NCBI GenBank assembly: GCA_963817915.1
Contig: CAWFQL010000012.1
Location: 384,001-448,000, forward strand
Reading direction: 5' to 3'
DNA from: an uncultured candidate division Zixibacteria bacterium
GTDB lineage: Bacteria; Zixibacteria; MSB-5A5; UBA10806
DNA length: 64,000 nucleotides
Part shown: positions 1 through 10,770 of the stretch, piece after piece
How positions within the stretch are numbered: position 1 is the stretch's first letter
Layout: each line of letters opens with the position of its first letter
Translations under genes and position numbers: made by a program
Notes under the pieces: model-generated
Told to the model about the DNA's origin: nothing
The model's input: the letters and a program-made list of their open reading frames with translations, nothing else
Database searches by the model: none

Positions 1-2
1 AC

Positions 3-3000
3 ACAGTCAAGTTAGTTCAGACCACGGAAATCAATTCCAACGGTACGCCTACAACTTCTCAAGTGCGCAGCTTTATTCAAAACGCATACAATACATGGGA
101 AACACCGCCTGAATATGTAATGATTGTTGGCGATAAAGACCAAACGCAAAGCACGGGGATAGTTGACGCACCCTATACGCGCTCGCCATATACTTACGCG
201 TCCGACAATGACTACGCATGTGTCGATGGCGTCGATTATATCCCCGATATCTTTGTGGCACGTCTTTCGGTAGATAATCCGTCTCAATTGAGAATCGCGG
301 TTTCTAAAATATTGACTTATGAAAATCATCCGTTCATGGGAGATCCCAGCTATTGGCTGAGAGGGCTCTCTATCGCCGGTAACGTCAATGCCTCCAGCCC
401 CAGGACTACAGTGCTTTGGGTTCGTCAGCTTCTCTTACAGCATGGATTTACTCAGGTAGATACATCCTTCCGCTACTCCAGTATGGAAGTTGATCCGCTG
501 CTTCAAGGATATTTCGAGCAAGGTAATTCGATTGTCAGCTATCGCGGCTGGGCCGGATCATCTGGCTGGTATGCCCCTTATTATCAAATTTCAGATTTAA
601 ACCGGCTTCATAACAATCAAAAAATAGGCGTCATGGCCTCATTGGTATGTGGAACGGGGGATTTTAACGATGAATGCTTCGGGGAATCCTGGATTCGAAT
701 GGGTTACTCTCCCGATAGCCTCAAGGGCGGACCGGCCTTCTACGGTGTAAGCGATCACGACACTCATACAAAATGGAATAACCCAATAATGGTGGGATAC
801 TATTTCGGCATTTTCAATGAGGGGGTATATCATTTTGCGGCCGCCGCGGTGAGGGGAAAATTGCAGCAATACAGGACATTCCCTAACAACCGTGGTGTCG
901 GTGACTGGATCGATTTATATTTTCATACTTACAATATGCTCGGCGATCCCGAGCTCGAAATGCGCACGGCAGTGCCGATTCCAATCAGAGTCACATATCC
1001 CGATACCTTAGGATTCGGAATCAACCATATCGAGGCGGATGTCGTAGATACTCTTGGCAATCCAATATCCAATGCTTACGTGACATTGCTGAAGATCAAT
1101 GGTAATGTCGAAGAAGTTTTCAAATTAGGTAAAACCGATGAAAGCGGGCATGTGGCCCTGCCGTTTGACTCTCCAAGTATAGGACCGATGTATATTACTG
1201 TTTCAGGCAGGAATCTCTACCCATTTCAGGGCCTGGTGCAGATTATCAGCGACGATATCGCGGTCGGATTCGATTCTTTGACAATCGATGATGACAATGA
1301 TGGGTTCTCACATGGAAATGGTGATTCTTTTGCCAATCCGGGGGAAACTATCGAATTAGGCACTTATCTCAAGAATTTCGGCAATACGATTACAGCGGTT
1401 AATGTTAACGCGACACTTGAGTCTTTCGATAACAATCTCGCGGAAGTACTGGACGGCAATCGGAATTATGGCGATATCGCCCCCGGTCAGAGCGTTCTAA
1501 GTACATCGCCGTTTGTAATACATATAAAAAATACCGCGGGCCAAAATGATGTTGCCAGGGTAAAGGTTAACGCGACTGATGCGAATAACGATTCATGGTA
1601 CTCGGTCATCGAAATCCCGATTAATGCCCCCAAATACAATGTTACGTCGATAGCATTCCCCGGTGGAAATGGCCGTCTCGACCCGGGCGAAACAGTTCAG
1701 ATGGTTTTGACATTGACAAACTACGGCTCGGTCAACGCTACAGGAGTAACCGGTACACTCACCACCGAAGATGATTATACGACAATCACAAGCGCCAATT
1801 GCTCATTTGGAGATATCGCCATTAATGGCTCTGGATCCAATACCGCCACTCCAATTGAATTGACATCCGAATCAGGCACGTTTAACGGACGCACTGTCAA
1901 TTTGGTCCTTCATGCCACTTCGATGGATGGATCGACATCAGAAGTTCCTTTTTCTATAACGGTCGGCGCCGTAGCCAGTACCGACCCTATTGGTCCCGAT
2001 ACCCACGGATATTATATGTACGACAATACCGATGCCGGCTATGCGCCCGTTCCAACATATCAATGGGTAGAAATAAATCCCAATGCCGGAGGGCATGGAT
2101 CGAGGGTAGTTTTTGATGGTGGCAATTATGATGACAATACGCAAATAGTCACACTTCCATTTGATTTCATCTATTATGGCGTACCGTACAGATATCTGGC
2201 AATTTGCACGAACGGGTTTGTTGCCGTGGATACCGCGGAATACGATATGGCCCATCATCATTGGAATAATTTCTTCAACTGGCCGATACCCGATCCCGGT
2301 AATGCTCGCGGCCAGATTTCGCCATTCTGGGATGACCTATCGTTTACAGGCAGCAATTATGGGGTATATACGTGGTACGATACGGCTAACGCAAACTACT
2401 ATGTCGAATGGTATCATGTAAACCAGCGAAATACATCTGCCGTCGAAACATTCCAAATGATCATTACGGATGCTGCATTCCATACTACTATTACGGGTGA
2501 TGCCGAAATTACTTATCAATACAATACTATTCTAAATAATGATGTTTCCGAAAATTACGCTACTGTCGGTTTTGAAAGCTGGGATGAGCTGACTGGACTG
2601 CAATATACAGATGATAATATTTACACTCCCGGGGCTCCGCCTTTGGCCGCGGGACTCGCGATTAAAATTACTACCAATACCGGTCGTGGCGGAATAGTCG
2701 GGTCTGTTAATCTCAATAACGGCGGCAACAATCAGAACGTCAATGTCAGAACATCGGATGGCGAGCATAGATTGACCGCTCGCGATGGAAGCTATTGGCT
2801 CAGAAATGTCCCTCCGGGCATAGTCAGTGTAACTGCGGAGGCCAATGGATATCTGCCATCGACTATCGATAGCATTACTGTTGCGCAGAATGTGACTGTC
2901 AAAGAAGTTAATTTCAATTTGACACTTTGTCCGACGCCATCCGCGGTAATAGCATCGGAAGGTCTCGGAGACAGGATTGAAATCAACTGGACATTTAGCG

Positions 3001-3533
3001 GCCATTCTGATTTTGCGGGATATAATGTCTATCGCGGAAGCTGGGAGAACGGCCAATACACCAAACTGAATTCACAACCGATATCCACCACAAGCTTTAC
3101 CGATAATGTTGTTCCCGATAGCAATGTCTATTGGTACTATGTCACCGCGACCTATGCCGGACAGGGCTGGACCGCTGAATCGTTTGCTTCGAATAGGGAT
3201 TCAGGGTCGCTGGCACGCATTACCGGAATCGACGATAAACTTGCTCAGATTCCGACACAATTTTCGCTCTCTCAGAATTACCCCAATCCATTCAACCCCA
3301 CTACCACGATTTCCTATGGTTTACCGAAAACCGCTAAAGTCAAAATCGATGTCTTCAATCTAATGGGGCAGAAGGTGCGCACCTTGGTGAATGAACAGCA
3401 GGGGGCAGGTTATAAGACAATCGTTTGGGATGGCAATGACAACTCGGGCAATTCGGTCAGCTCGGGTGTATATTTCTACCGCATCGATGCCGGCGATTAC
3501 AACGCTGTTCATAAGATGATGATGCTGAAGTAA
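3..3533 (+). CDS. Gingipain-like C25 family peptidase with Ig/FN3-like domains and C-terminal T9SS/FlgD-like domain (5' partial)
   Basis: Frame is open back to position 3. C25 motifs: YVMIVGD, SDNDYACVDG..PDIFVARL, SYRGWAG, SLVCGTG, YNMLGDPEL. CTD: FSLSQNYPNPFNP...SSGVYFYRI...KMMMLK. Confidence 0.85.
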   Translation, partial: TVKLVQTTEINSNGTPTTSQVRSFIQNAYNTWETPPEYVMIVGDKDQTQSTGIVDAPYTRSPYTYASDNDYACVDGVDYIPDIFVARLSVDNPSQLRIAVSKILTYENHPFMGDPSYWLRGLSIAGNVNASSPRTTVLWVRQLLLQHGFTQVDTSFRYSSMEVDPLLQGYFEQGNSIVSYRGWAGSSGWYAPYYQISDLNRLHNNQKIGVMASLVCGTGDFNDECFGESWIRMGYSPDSLKGGPAFYGVSDHDTHTKWNNPIMVGYYFGIFNEGVYHFAAAAVRGKLQQYRTFPNNRGVGDWIDLYFHTYNMLGDPELEMRTAVPIPIRVTYPDTLGFGINHIEADVVDTLGNPISNAYVTLLKINGNVEEVFKLGKTDESGHVALPFDSPSIGPMYITVSGRNLYPFQGLVQIISDDIAVGFDSLTIDDDNDGFSHGNGDSFANPGETIELGTYLKNFGNTITAVNVNATLESFDNNLAEVLDGNRNYGDIAPGQSVLSTSPFVIHIKNTAGQNDVARVKVNATDANNDSWYSVIEIPINAPKYNVTSIAFPGGNGRLDPGETVQMVLTLTNYGSVNATGVTGTLTTEDDYTTITSANCSFGDIAINGSGSNTATPIELTSESGTFNGRTVNLVLHATSMDGSTSEVPFSITVGAVASTDPIGPDTHGYYMYDNTDAGYAPVPTYQWVEINPNAGGHGSRVVFDGGNYDDNTQIVTLPFDFIYYGVPYRYLAICTNGFVAVDTAEYDMAHHHWNNFFNWPIPDPGNARGQISPFWDDLSFTGSNYGVYTWYDTANANYYVEWYHVNQRNTSAVETFQMIITDAAFHTTITGDAEITYQYNTILNNDVSENYATVGFESWDELTGLQYTDDNIYTPGAPPLAAGLAIKITTNTGRGGIVGSVNLNNGGNNQNVNVRTSDGEHRLTARDGSYWLRNVPPGIVSVTAEANGYLPSTIDSITVAQNVTVKEVNFNLTLCPTPSAVIASEGLGDRIEINWTFSGHSDFAGYNVYRGSWENGQYTKLNSQPISTTSFTDNVVPDSNVYWYYVTATYAGQGWTAESFASNRDSGSLARITGIDDKLAQIPTQFSLSQNYPNPFNPTTTISYGLPKTAKVKIDVFNLMGQKVRTLVNEQQGAGYKTIVWDGNDNSGNSVSSGVYFYRIDAGDYNAVHKMMMLK

Positions 3534-3556
3534 GTCTCGAATCCAATTTGAATACG

Positions 3557-3585
3557 AAAGCCCCGACAATCGCCGGGGCTTTTTT
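3557..3585 (+). terminator. Rho-independent terminator, possibly bidirectional
   Basis: aaagccccg-acaatcgc-cggggcttt stem followed by a T run, between convergent genes. Confidence 0.8.
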
Positions 3586-3597
3586 ATATCTTGCTCG

Positions 3598-3663
3598 TGT
3601 CGTCGGGTCTCCGCACCCGAAGACGACTATCGCGATGCGGCAGGTACGGAGACCTGCCGCCAC
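3598..3663. repeat. Inverted pair of REP-like hairpins
   Basis: gtcgtcgggtctccgcacccgaagacgac and gcggcaggtacggagacctgccgc share the core GGTCTCCG(C/T)ACC in opposite orientations. Confidence 0.55.
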
Positions 3664-3671
3664 GGATTATT

Positions 3672-5183
3672 CTATTTTAACAGCACTATTGATTTTGTCT
3701 CGGAAAATCCGTCGGCCTTCAGACGATAAAAATACACGCCGGAGCTGACGCCGTCCGCCTTGAAATGAACCGAATGCTGACCGGCAGGCTTAACCTCGTC
3801 GACGAGCGACGCTACGCGCTGGCCGAGAAGATTGAAGACTTCCAGCCTGACTTGCGATTGATTTGGCAATGAGAATGATATCACGCATTCGGAGTTAAAC
3901 GGGTTTGGGTAGGCGTTATTGAGCGAGAACTGCCCGGGAAGCGGCGCGGATGACGACACCACTGGCTTCACGAAGCTCAGGCCCTGGAATCCCAACGGCG
4001 GCTTGGTAGTGGAGGAGCCGTTGGATATGATAAATGACCGCAGGCCTGATTGACGGCCATATAATTCTAATATCAAGGCTTCGCATTGACCGTAATAGGT
4101 ATCGAGAATGATATTTGTCGGATAATATAATGCGTTGGGATCGTTTGCCGGGGCGCCGAATGACGGGTCGATATACCACATCATTGGGCCGAAAATACCG
4201 ATTGTACCGGTCCCATAATTGACAGCGTAAATCCTGCCGTAATCATCCTCGGCAACGCCGCCCGGCTGTCGAATGCGATTACCCCAGGCATAATCGTATT
4301 GATCGGCGAATGAGGGGCTGGTGTTTGTCTCGGCTCTCATAAAGAAGAGAGTGCCTATTGTCGCGTCGGCGATATAAATGGCCGATGAGCCCGAAATCGA
4401 ATCCGGGAAGCAGCTGACCGCAATAGGGTTTTGCAGAGTCCAGATGACATGCTGCTCATAGCCGGGATGGCCTATTTTATTCCATGAGCCCTCAAAAATA
4501 CCGCTGATGCTGAACCGTGAAAGCTTGCCCGTGTCTTTTATATGACCCATATCAACCACGTAAAGATCGGCCGTATTTTGATTGGCGTCGCCATAGGCAC
4601 TGATAGCCACATCTACGGGCCATTCCAGGACACCCTGGCCAATGGAACGGACGAAGCGAATTTCTCCGCCGCTCAAATTGGGCTGGTACGATAATTCGAG
4701 TATCCTGTCATTCCCCCGGTCGCAGAGGTAGATGACATCAAAATTCGGGTCGAACAAGCGGTTGATGGCGTTGGTAGCTATTCCAGAGGGGGATCGCAGC
4801 CCGCCGCAGTCTTCGCCCTTATAGGTTGTAATAGATTCCAGAGTGCGCTCTCCAGTCAGGCCGGGCGCGCTGCATTGCCATAAAGTCAGCCTCTGCATGC
4901 CGATATCCGATATGACAAATACATCCTTCGGCTCGCCATTGACGACTACATGCAATACCACGGCATCGAATGGCGCGATGAAGAGGCTGGCGGCCGAGTC
5001 GGTCCACAGCAGAGCGAAATCGACATTCATCTCCGGGATATTCGGCAGAAGCAGAAAGTTCTTCTGCTCGAATGAAGTCTCGGGCGGCCAGATGGCCGGC
5101 CTGGCCGATAGCGATGCCGCGCCTAATACTATGATCGAAAATATCGAAAATAATATCTTTGCCTTTCGCATAAGAGCCTCCAT
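3672..5183 (-). CDS. Secreted NHL/beta-propeller-like protein with C-terminal T9SS/FlgD-like domain
   Basis: Signal peptide; NHL-like repeats (LRSPSGIA, IYLCDRGNDRI, LEWPVDVA, LQNPIAVS, QPGGVAED); CTD AYPNPFN...SSGVYFYRL. Confidence 0.75.
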   Translation of the reverse strand: MEALMRKAKILFSIFSIIVLGAASLSARPAIWPPETSFEQKNFLLLPNIPEMNVDFALLWTDSAASLFIAPFDAVVLHVVVNGEPKDVFVISDIGMQRLTLWQCSAPGLTGERTLESITTYKGEDCGGLRSPSGIATNAINRLFDPNFDVIYLCDRGNDRILELSYQPNLSGGEIRFVRSIGQGVLEWPVDVAISAYGDANQNTADLYVVDMGHIKDTGKLSRFSISGIFEGSWNKIGHPGYEQHVIWTLQNPIAVSCFPDSISGSSAIYIADATIGTLFFMRAETNTSPSFADQYDYAWGNRIRQPGGVAEDDYGRIYAVNYGTGTIGIFGPMMWYIDPSFGAPANDPNALYYPTNIILDTYYGQCEALILELYGRQSGLRSFIISNGSSTTKPPLGFQGLSFVKPVVSSSAPLPGQFSLNNAYPNPFNSECVISFSLPNQSQVRLEVFNLLGQRVASLVDEVKPAGQHSVHFKADGVSSGVYFYRLKADGFSETKSIVLLK

Positions 5184-5185
5184 TA

Positions 5186-6289
5186 TTATCGAGTGACTTC
5201 CTGCAATTGAAATGTTCGCGCTACCCGATTGTTGCGGTAGTCCACCGCTATCTGATTATGAGAACCGTCTCCCGTTTTTAAATACAGGTTGCCATCATCG
5301 CGAAATACTGGAAAATTAAATGAAGTACCAACCTGTATTTTGCCGAGCATTACACCTGTCGATACTGAATATCTTTGTATTATCCCTCTGTCTGGTGACA
5401 ACGCCAATATTTCATCGCCTGCTGGACTTAATTTATAAAAGGCTTCACCGGACGCATCAACATTAATAAATTTAGAAGCTAATTGACCCGTATGTCCGTC
5501 TATAAGAAACGCATATGACCCCGGTGATATGTTAAGGGAATTATCTATTTTAGTTCCTTGAAGCAAAAGATTATAATCAACGGCATCGAAGAGCTTTTTA
5601 TCACCCTTCCACCCAAGATCGTATATAAGTAAAGTATCCTCAGGGGTTAGGTCAGGTAGCGAGCAAGGAATTATCGCATCCGCCTTCTCGTCTATATTGG
5701 CGTCTATGTTAAATAATACTTTATTGTCATTAGTGACTATCGGCCAATAATTTGAGCGGCCGCATGACAATATAAATCCGACCTTTTGAGAGATTAATTC
5801 CAGTGTTATTCCATTCAATACTACGGTTTTATATTGGTTTTCTGACCACCCGAGACTATCATGTGGCATAAATCGAAAATGAATTATGATGAAAGCTGAT
5901 CCGGGGGAAATAACCATGTCTGCGCCCCCCCCACTATAGTTTGCGAAGGGCAAATCAAACAAGCGCCTCGTGGCAAGCTCATAGACACGAGTGAAAATAG
6001 GAGATCTTGTCAATGATTCTTGGAAAAATATTCTTCCATTAACTGGATCATATACAACGTTCTCGATGCCACGGGAAATAGTGTAATTGGATTTTGAAAA
6101 ATCAATTGAATCCGCGATTTCAATGTTGCCTGAAGACCAATCAATCTTGTGAATTTCGCCTATATAGGTATCCGGATATAGATAGTAATCAATGATTGGC
6201 CCTGGCTGCTTCGAGGCTCCCAAATCAAACATAATAATCAGCTCTAACATTATTATTGAAGCTATTTTGATTAATTTGAAAATCGTCAT
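5186..6289 (-). CDS. Hypothetical secreted protein, probable beta-propeller
   Basis: 367-aa ORF with hydrophobic N-terminus and GGAGG RBS; beta-rich blade-like segments; 8-nt and 2-nt gaps to neighbours. Confidence 0.65.
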   Translation of the reverse strand: MTIFKLIKIASIIMLELIIMFDLGASKQPGPIIDYYLYPDTYIGEIHKIDWSSGNIEIADSIDFSKSNYTISRGIENVVYDPVNGRIFFQESLTRSPIFTRVYELATRRLFDLPFANYSGGGADMVISPGSAFIIIHFRFMPHDSLGWSENQYKTVVLNGITLELISQKVGFILSCGRSNYWPIVTNDNKVLFNIDANIDEKADAIIPCSLPDLTPEDTLLIYDLGWKGDKKLFDAVDYNLLLQGTKIDNSLNISPGSYAFLIDGHTGQLASKFINVDASGEAFYKLSPAGDEILALSPDRGIIQRYSVSTGVMLGKIQVGTSFNFPVFRDDGNLYLKTGDGSHNQIAVDYRNNRVARTFQLQEVTR

Positions 6290-6297
6290 TATTCCTC

Positions 6298-8637
6298 CTA
6301 GTGTCTTAACATTGCTTTATCGGCATAACACGGCCCTGACTGCTTACATATGCATTCGGGGTAACCTGTCCAATCTTTAAGATCGTTTTGAGGGTCGCAT
6401 TGTCCGCAACTGCCTTCCCAGTCATGATTTCTATGATAGCAGGGAGGACAGGGTTCCCAGAAATATAGATCCGGATTTGAGTAATAATGCCCTCCGTTAT
6501 ATCTGCAATAAGTATCGTAGAGTCTGTTTGTCATCGTAGGTTCGGGCCATCTATTGACATGGACGCGTGCATAAAACCAATCTTCAGAATCACCCCATTT
6601 GACTTGTAATTCGGCCTTGCCATGATCAACGTTGTTCTTCCAATTCCAATAATCTTCACGTGTGATAGGTGATAAAGGTGTTGTGAGCTGCATGATGCCT
6701 ATTCCAGCACCATCGAAACCAACATTGGGCCAGCCATTGCTTTTGAATTGCTGATAGTTACTTTCCAATTGTCCTATCACTTCCGCTTGACGAGCACGGT
6801 CAAGGTCAATATATCCTTGTCTGAGATAAGCAATGACTATGGCTCTATCAGGATTATTGCCTAATACTATGACATTATCATTCGGTCTAATCGATGCTGT
6901 ATAAGTCTGGCCCATGTATATTACCATTACATCTAATGATAACATGCCTCCAGCGAAATCAGCTCCAAAATTAGGAACCCAATTTCCGTGACCTCTAATT
7001 GTTTCGCCAATATTGTAATTATTAGGATCCCAATATAAATTCATCGACCAAATAAAATCAAGGTCTCCCTGTACCTCTGGCGCCACACCTTCTAAATTTG
7101 CGTGACATACAATCCGCGGCATCGCGGGCGTAGCGTCTATGAAATATTGGCTGGAGGGCAAAGGGGAGTCAATCACTAATCTTATCTCTGCGGGCAATAT
7201 ATGTATCAGTGTTGGCATTGATTGTGCTCTGGTCGTCGATTGAGCATCGATGATCGAATATAGGAGTTGTACGTCACCCGGATAGAGCGCTTCAAATTCA
7301 TTATATTTATTAGTGGTGTTATTGAATTTATATCGGCCGCTTCCTGTTAAAACCGGCCCGCCCGTTTGAGCCCATTCGTATGTTATTCGCGGTTGTTCAA
7401 AGAAATATGGATACGGGACAGCGCTAATATTTATCTTATCGCCGACGTGTATGGTATAATCATCAGGGAGGCCTTCGAAATTTATTGGCTGTGCTTGAAA
7501 TCCGTTAAAGATAGTGAGATTCGTCTCGTGAGGCGGTATAAGTCTCTGCAGACCTCCTGCTATAATTATATCCCAATTTAGGCTGACTTGATCCACATGA
7601 AATGGTGTTTCAGTGCTTATCGCTGAAATAGTAGGTTCTACTTCGAATAACTCCTGGCCAACATTTCCCTCAGATACGAAATACCTGTATCCATTATCAT
7701 AACCTTCTACTATTGCGGAAAGGGGTTGACATTGCGATGGCCATCCATGTGGGGATCCAATTAAAGATCCCAGCATAATATATGTGTTAAAGGGATAACA
7801 AACTACGGGATTGTCTGTAGGAAACAATGGGTTTTGAATGATAGGTATATTATGATCAAATGTCAATTTCCACATATTAAAATCATATGGCCACACGCAT
7901 GTGCCATATGTCGCGATTTGACCATAAGGGACTTGAAAATAGATATATCCCGCATCACTGTTATAGAATAAGGATCTGGCCTGACATTGTTCACTAGTGT
8001 ATTCCGTAAATCCGGGTCCCCAGAATGTTCCATTCAAAGAGATCGAGGTTTCGAATCCGTTCGCAATAGCTATTCCATATAAGGATGGCGGAGGAAATTC
8101 GTTTTCACCCGATAATTCTATTCTGGCCCAGAATCTAATTGATTCATCGGGATCAATATAATCAGGATAATAAATATCGGTTCTACGCCTTAATTCCGTA
8201 CCGCAAAAATCTTGAATTGCCGCAGCTAATCTGATCTCGCTGCTATGATTTTCAAAACAGATCTCGCCGTATTCCGGGTGTCCTTTGGCGATAAAGCAAA
8301 TATCTCCATCGCACTTAGGATCGAATGACATCTGAACCCTTTTATAAAAGGCCAAGGATGTAGACCCATCTCTCTGTGGATTATTACAGTTCCATTCCGA
8401 TGTTACTTTATAATACGCACAATTGCTTGACGTAATATCAACCAGTGTCTCAAATGGCGGATTGGTCAGATCAATAACTGTTCCCCAAATTTGCAAAGTG
8501 TAATTATCCAACTTAGATATTAATAGACCTCCTTCATCCGGAATAAATATCTGCGCCTGAGAGTATGACCTTTCAAAGAATGCATTATAAGATAACATTA
8601 ATACGAATATGACTAAAAAGCAATTATTTTTGGACAT
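6298..8637 (-). CDS. Large secreted protein with C-terminal lysozyme/lytic-transglycosylase-like domain
   Basis: Start at MSKNNC after AAGGAGG; signal peptide; C-terminal QLESNYQQF...GAGIGIMQLT...WNWKNNVDHG...YNGG pattern; Cys-rich tail. Confidence 0.65.
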   Translation of the reverse strand: MSKNNCFLVIFVLMLSYNAFFERSYSQAQIFIPDEGGLLISKLDNYTLQIWGTVIDLTNPPFETLVDITSSNCAYYKVTSEWNCNNPQRDGSTSLAFYKRVQMSFDPKCDGDICFIAKGHPEYGEICFENHSSEIRLAAAIQDFCGTELRRRTDIYYPDYIDPDESIRFWARIELSGENEFPPPSLYGIAIANGFETSISLNGTFWGPGFTEYTSEQCQARSLFYNSDAGYIYFQVPYGQIATYGTCVWPYDFNMWKLTFDHNIPIIQNPLFPTDNPVVCYPFNTYIMLGSLIGSPHGWPSQCQPLSAIVEGYDNGYRYFVSEGNVGQELFEVEPTISAISTETPFHVDQVSLNWDIIIAGGLQRLIPPHETNLTIFNGFQAQPINFEGLPDDYTIHVGDKINISAVPYPYFFEQPRITYEWAQTGGPVLTGSGRYKFNNTTNKYNEFEALYPGDVQLLYSIIDAQSTTRAQSMPTLIHILPAEIRLVIDSPLPSSQYFIDATPAMPRIVCHANLEGVAPEVQGDLDFIWSMNLYWDPNNYNIGETIRGHGNWVPNFGADFAGGMLSLDVMVIYMGQTYTASIRPNDNVIVLGNNPDRAIVIAYLRQGYIDLDRARQAEVIGQLESNYQQFKSNGWPNVGFDGAGIGIMQLTTPLSPITREDYWNWKNNVDHGKAELQVKWGDSEDWFYARVHVNRWPEPTMTNRLYDTYCRYNGGHYYSNPDLYFWEPCPPCYHRNHDWEGSCGQCDPQNDLKDWTGYPECICKQSGPCYADKAMLRH

Positions 8638-8896
8638 GAGGGCCTCCTTTCGATAGAGTAATGTGTTCATCTGCGCAAAAACTATACCGATTATGGATAA
8701 ATCTATCTAAGTCTATCGTGGTCATAAGATTCTGTGGTCAGAATTTGAGGATATTTTGCCAGCATGTCCAAATATTGATGGGAGTGCCCCTACATGTATG
8801 GCCTCTTCCCAATATTCCCCTTGCCAAATACGGCGTTCCTGATTATTTAGAAACCTGTGTAATGATGATTATATTCAAAATAGAGGAGAATCATAC

Positions 8897-10720
8897 ATGG
8901 TAGATCAGGATAATAAGATGGATAAAGCCCCGACTTGGGAGATCGATTCGATATTCCCCGGCGGCTCCAAATCGGAAGAATTCGCCAAATTCCGCGCCAA
9001 AATAGAAACCGAAATCAAATCGGCCACCAAATCGCTGGCCGAACTGCCCAAGAAGCTCGATAAGAAATCAATCCCTCTATGGGCCAAATGGATACTCAAA
9101 CTGCAGAAAATATATGAAGAGCTCCATCTGGCCAGCGCCTTCGCCGGATGCCTTACCAGCCAGAATGTCAACGACGAAGACGCCATGAAGATCGATGCCG
9201 AAATCGATGAGCAATACTCCCGTTGGGGTATGCTGAAGGCGTCGCTGGAATCATTCTCGATCAAGCAGCCCAATAAAGAATGGGACAAGCTGATGGAGGA
9301 AAGCGGCATAAAGAAAATCAGCTTCTTTCTCAATGAGATGCGTCAAAAGGCCAAGATGAAGATGTCGGAGCCGTTGGAAAAATTGGCTCTGGAGCTATCG
9401 GTCAACGGCTACCACGGCTGGAACCGGCTTTACGATAAAATGGCGGGCGATCTTCGAGTTGATATCGATGATAACGGCCAGCGAAAGATTGTTTCGTTGG
9501 GCCAGAATGCCACTCGTTTCTCCGAGCCCGACCGCAAAGTCCGCCGGGATGCCTTCATGAAATTAACCGAGGCCTGGGAGTCGCGCGCCAATTTGGCGAC
9601 ATTGGCTCTCAATTCGCAAGCGGGATTTCGGCTGTCAATATACAAAAACCGCGGCTGGGATTCGCCGCTTTACGAGCCGCTCATGAACGCCCGCATGAAG
9701 AAAGAGACATTGGATGCCATGTGGGCCGCGGTCGCCAACGGCAAAAGCAAGATGATTGAATATATCGACGCCAAGAAAAAATTCCTGGGCATCGATAAAT
9801 TCTGCTGGTACGATCAGGAAGCGCCGGTCGGTAAGGCAAACAAGACCTACTCGTTTAAAGAAGCCGGCGATTTCATTGTCGAGCATATCGGCACCTTCTC
9901 CGATGAAATGGGCGAATTCACCCGCATGGCACTCGATAAACGTTGGGTTGAGGCTGAAAATCGCCCGGGCAAGGCCGGGGGAGGATGGTGCTCACGAATA
10001 CCGATCAGAAAAGAATCGCGAATTTTCATGACATTCGTAGGTAATTTTGGAGGTCTGGGGACATTAGGGCACGAGCTCGGGCACGCCTATCATGGATTCG
10101 TATTGAAAGACGCGCCGCCATTCGCCTCGATATACCCCATGAATCTCGCCGAGACCGCGTCCATCTTCAATGAGCTTAGAGTCACCGACGCCGCATTTGA
10201 ATCCACTAACGATGTAGACGAAAAGCTTCTTTTGCTCGATCAAAAACTTCAGGGCGGGCTGTCATTCTTCTGTAATATTCACGCAAGATTCATTTTCGAT
10301 TCCAATTTTTACGCCGAGCGGAAAAACGGCATGGTCTCCCGTGAACGGCTCAATGAATTAATGCGGGAAGCGCAGAAAAAGGCGTTCTTTGGAATATTGG
10401 ATGATAACGATGGATATCATCCGCTATTTTGGGCATCGAAATTGCATTTCTTCATCACCGGCTCGCCATTCTATAATTACCCTTATACATTCGGATTTCT
10501 CTTCGCCAGCGGAGTATACGACCGCGCTGTCAAAGAGGGGAAAGCCTTTGCCAAAAACTATCGCGCGCTTTTGGCAGATACCGGAAGAATGACTACGGAA
10601 GAGGTTGCGCAAAAGCATCTAGGGATCGATCTGACTAAGCAAGATTTCTGGAATGATGCTGTTATGCGGGTCATGTCGTCTGTCGGGCAATTTAAGGCGC
10701 TGTGCCAAAAGGCGGGATAG
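8897..10720 (+). CDS. pepF: Oligoendopeptidase F (M3B family)
   Basis: HELGHAYH zinc motif, RPGKAGGGWC, LAETASIFNE, FYNYPYTFG. Confidence 0.92.
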   Translation: MVDQDNKMDKAPTWEIDSIFPGGSKSEEFAKFRAKIETEIKSATKSLAELPKKLDKKSIPLWAKWILKLQKIYEELHLASAFAGCLTSQNVNDEDAMKIDAEIDEQYSRWGMLKASLESFSIKQPNKEWDKLMEESGIKKISFFLNEMRQKAKMKMSEPLEKLALELSVNGYHGWNRLYDKMAGDLRVDIDDNGQRKIVSLGQNATRFSEPDRKVRRDAFMKLTEAWESRANLATLALNSQAGFRLSIYKNRGWDSPLYEPLMNARMKKETLDAMWAAVANGKSKMIEYIDAKKKFLGIDKFCWYDQEAPVGKANKTYSFKEAGDFIVEHIGTFSDEMGEFTRMALDKRWVEAENRPGKAGGGWCSRIPIRKESRIFMTFVGNFGGLGTLGHELGHAYHGFVLKDAPPFASIYPMNLAETASIFNELRVTDAAFESTNDVDEKLLLLDQKLQGGLSFFCNIHARFIFDSNFYAERKNGMVSRERLNELMREAQKKAFFGILDDNDGYHPLFWASKLHFFITGSPFYNYPYTFGFLFASGVYDRAVKEGKAFAKNYRALLADTGRMTTEEVAQKHLGIDLTKQDFWNDAVMRVMSSVGQFKALCQKAG

Positions 10721-10770
10721 ATCATAAAAAATATCTGTTCACTGAATCGATTAGAATAGACTAAGTCACT

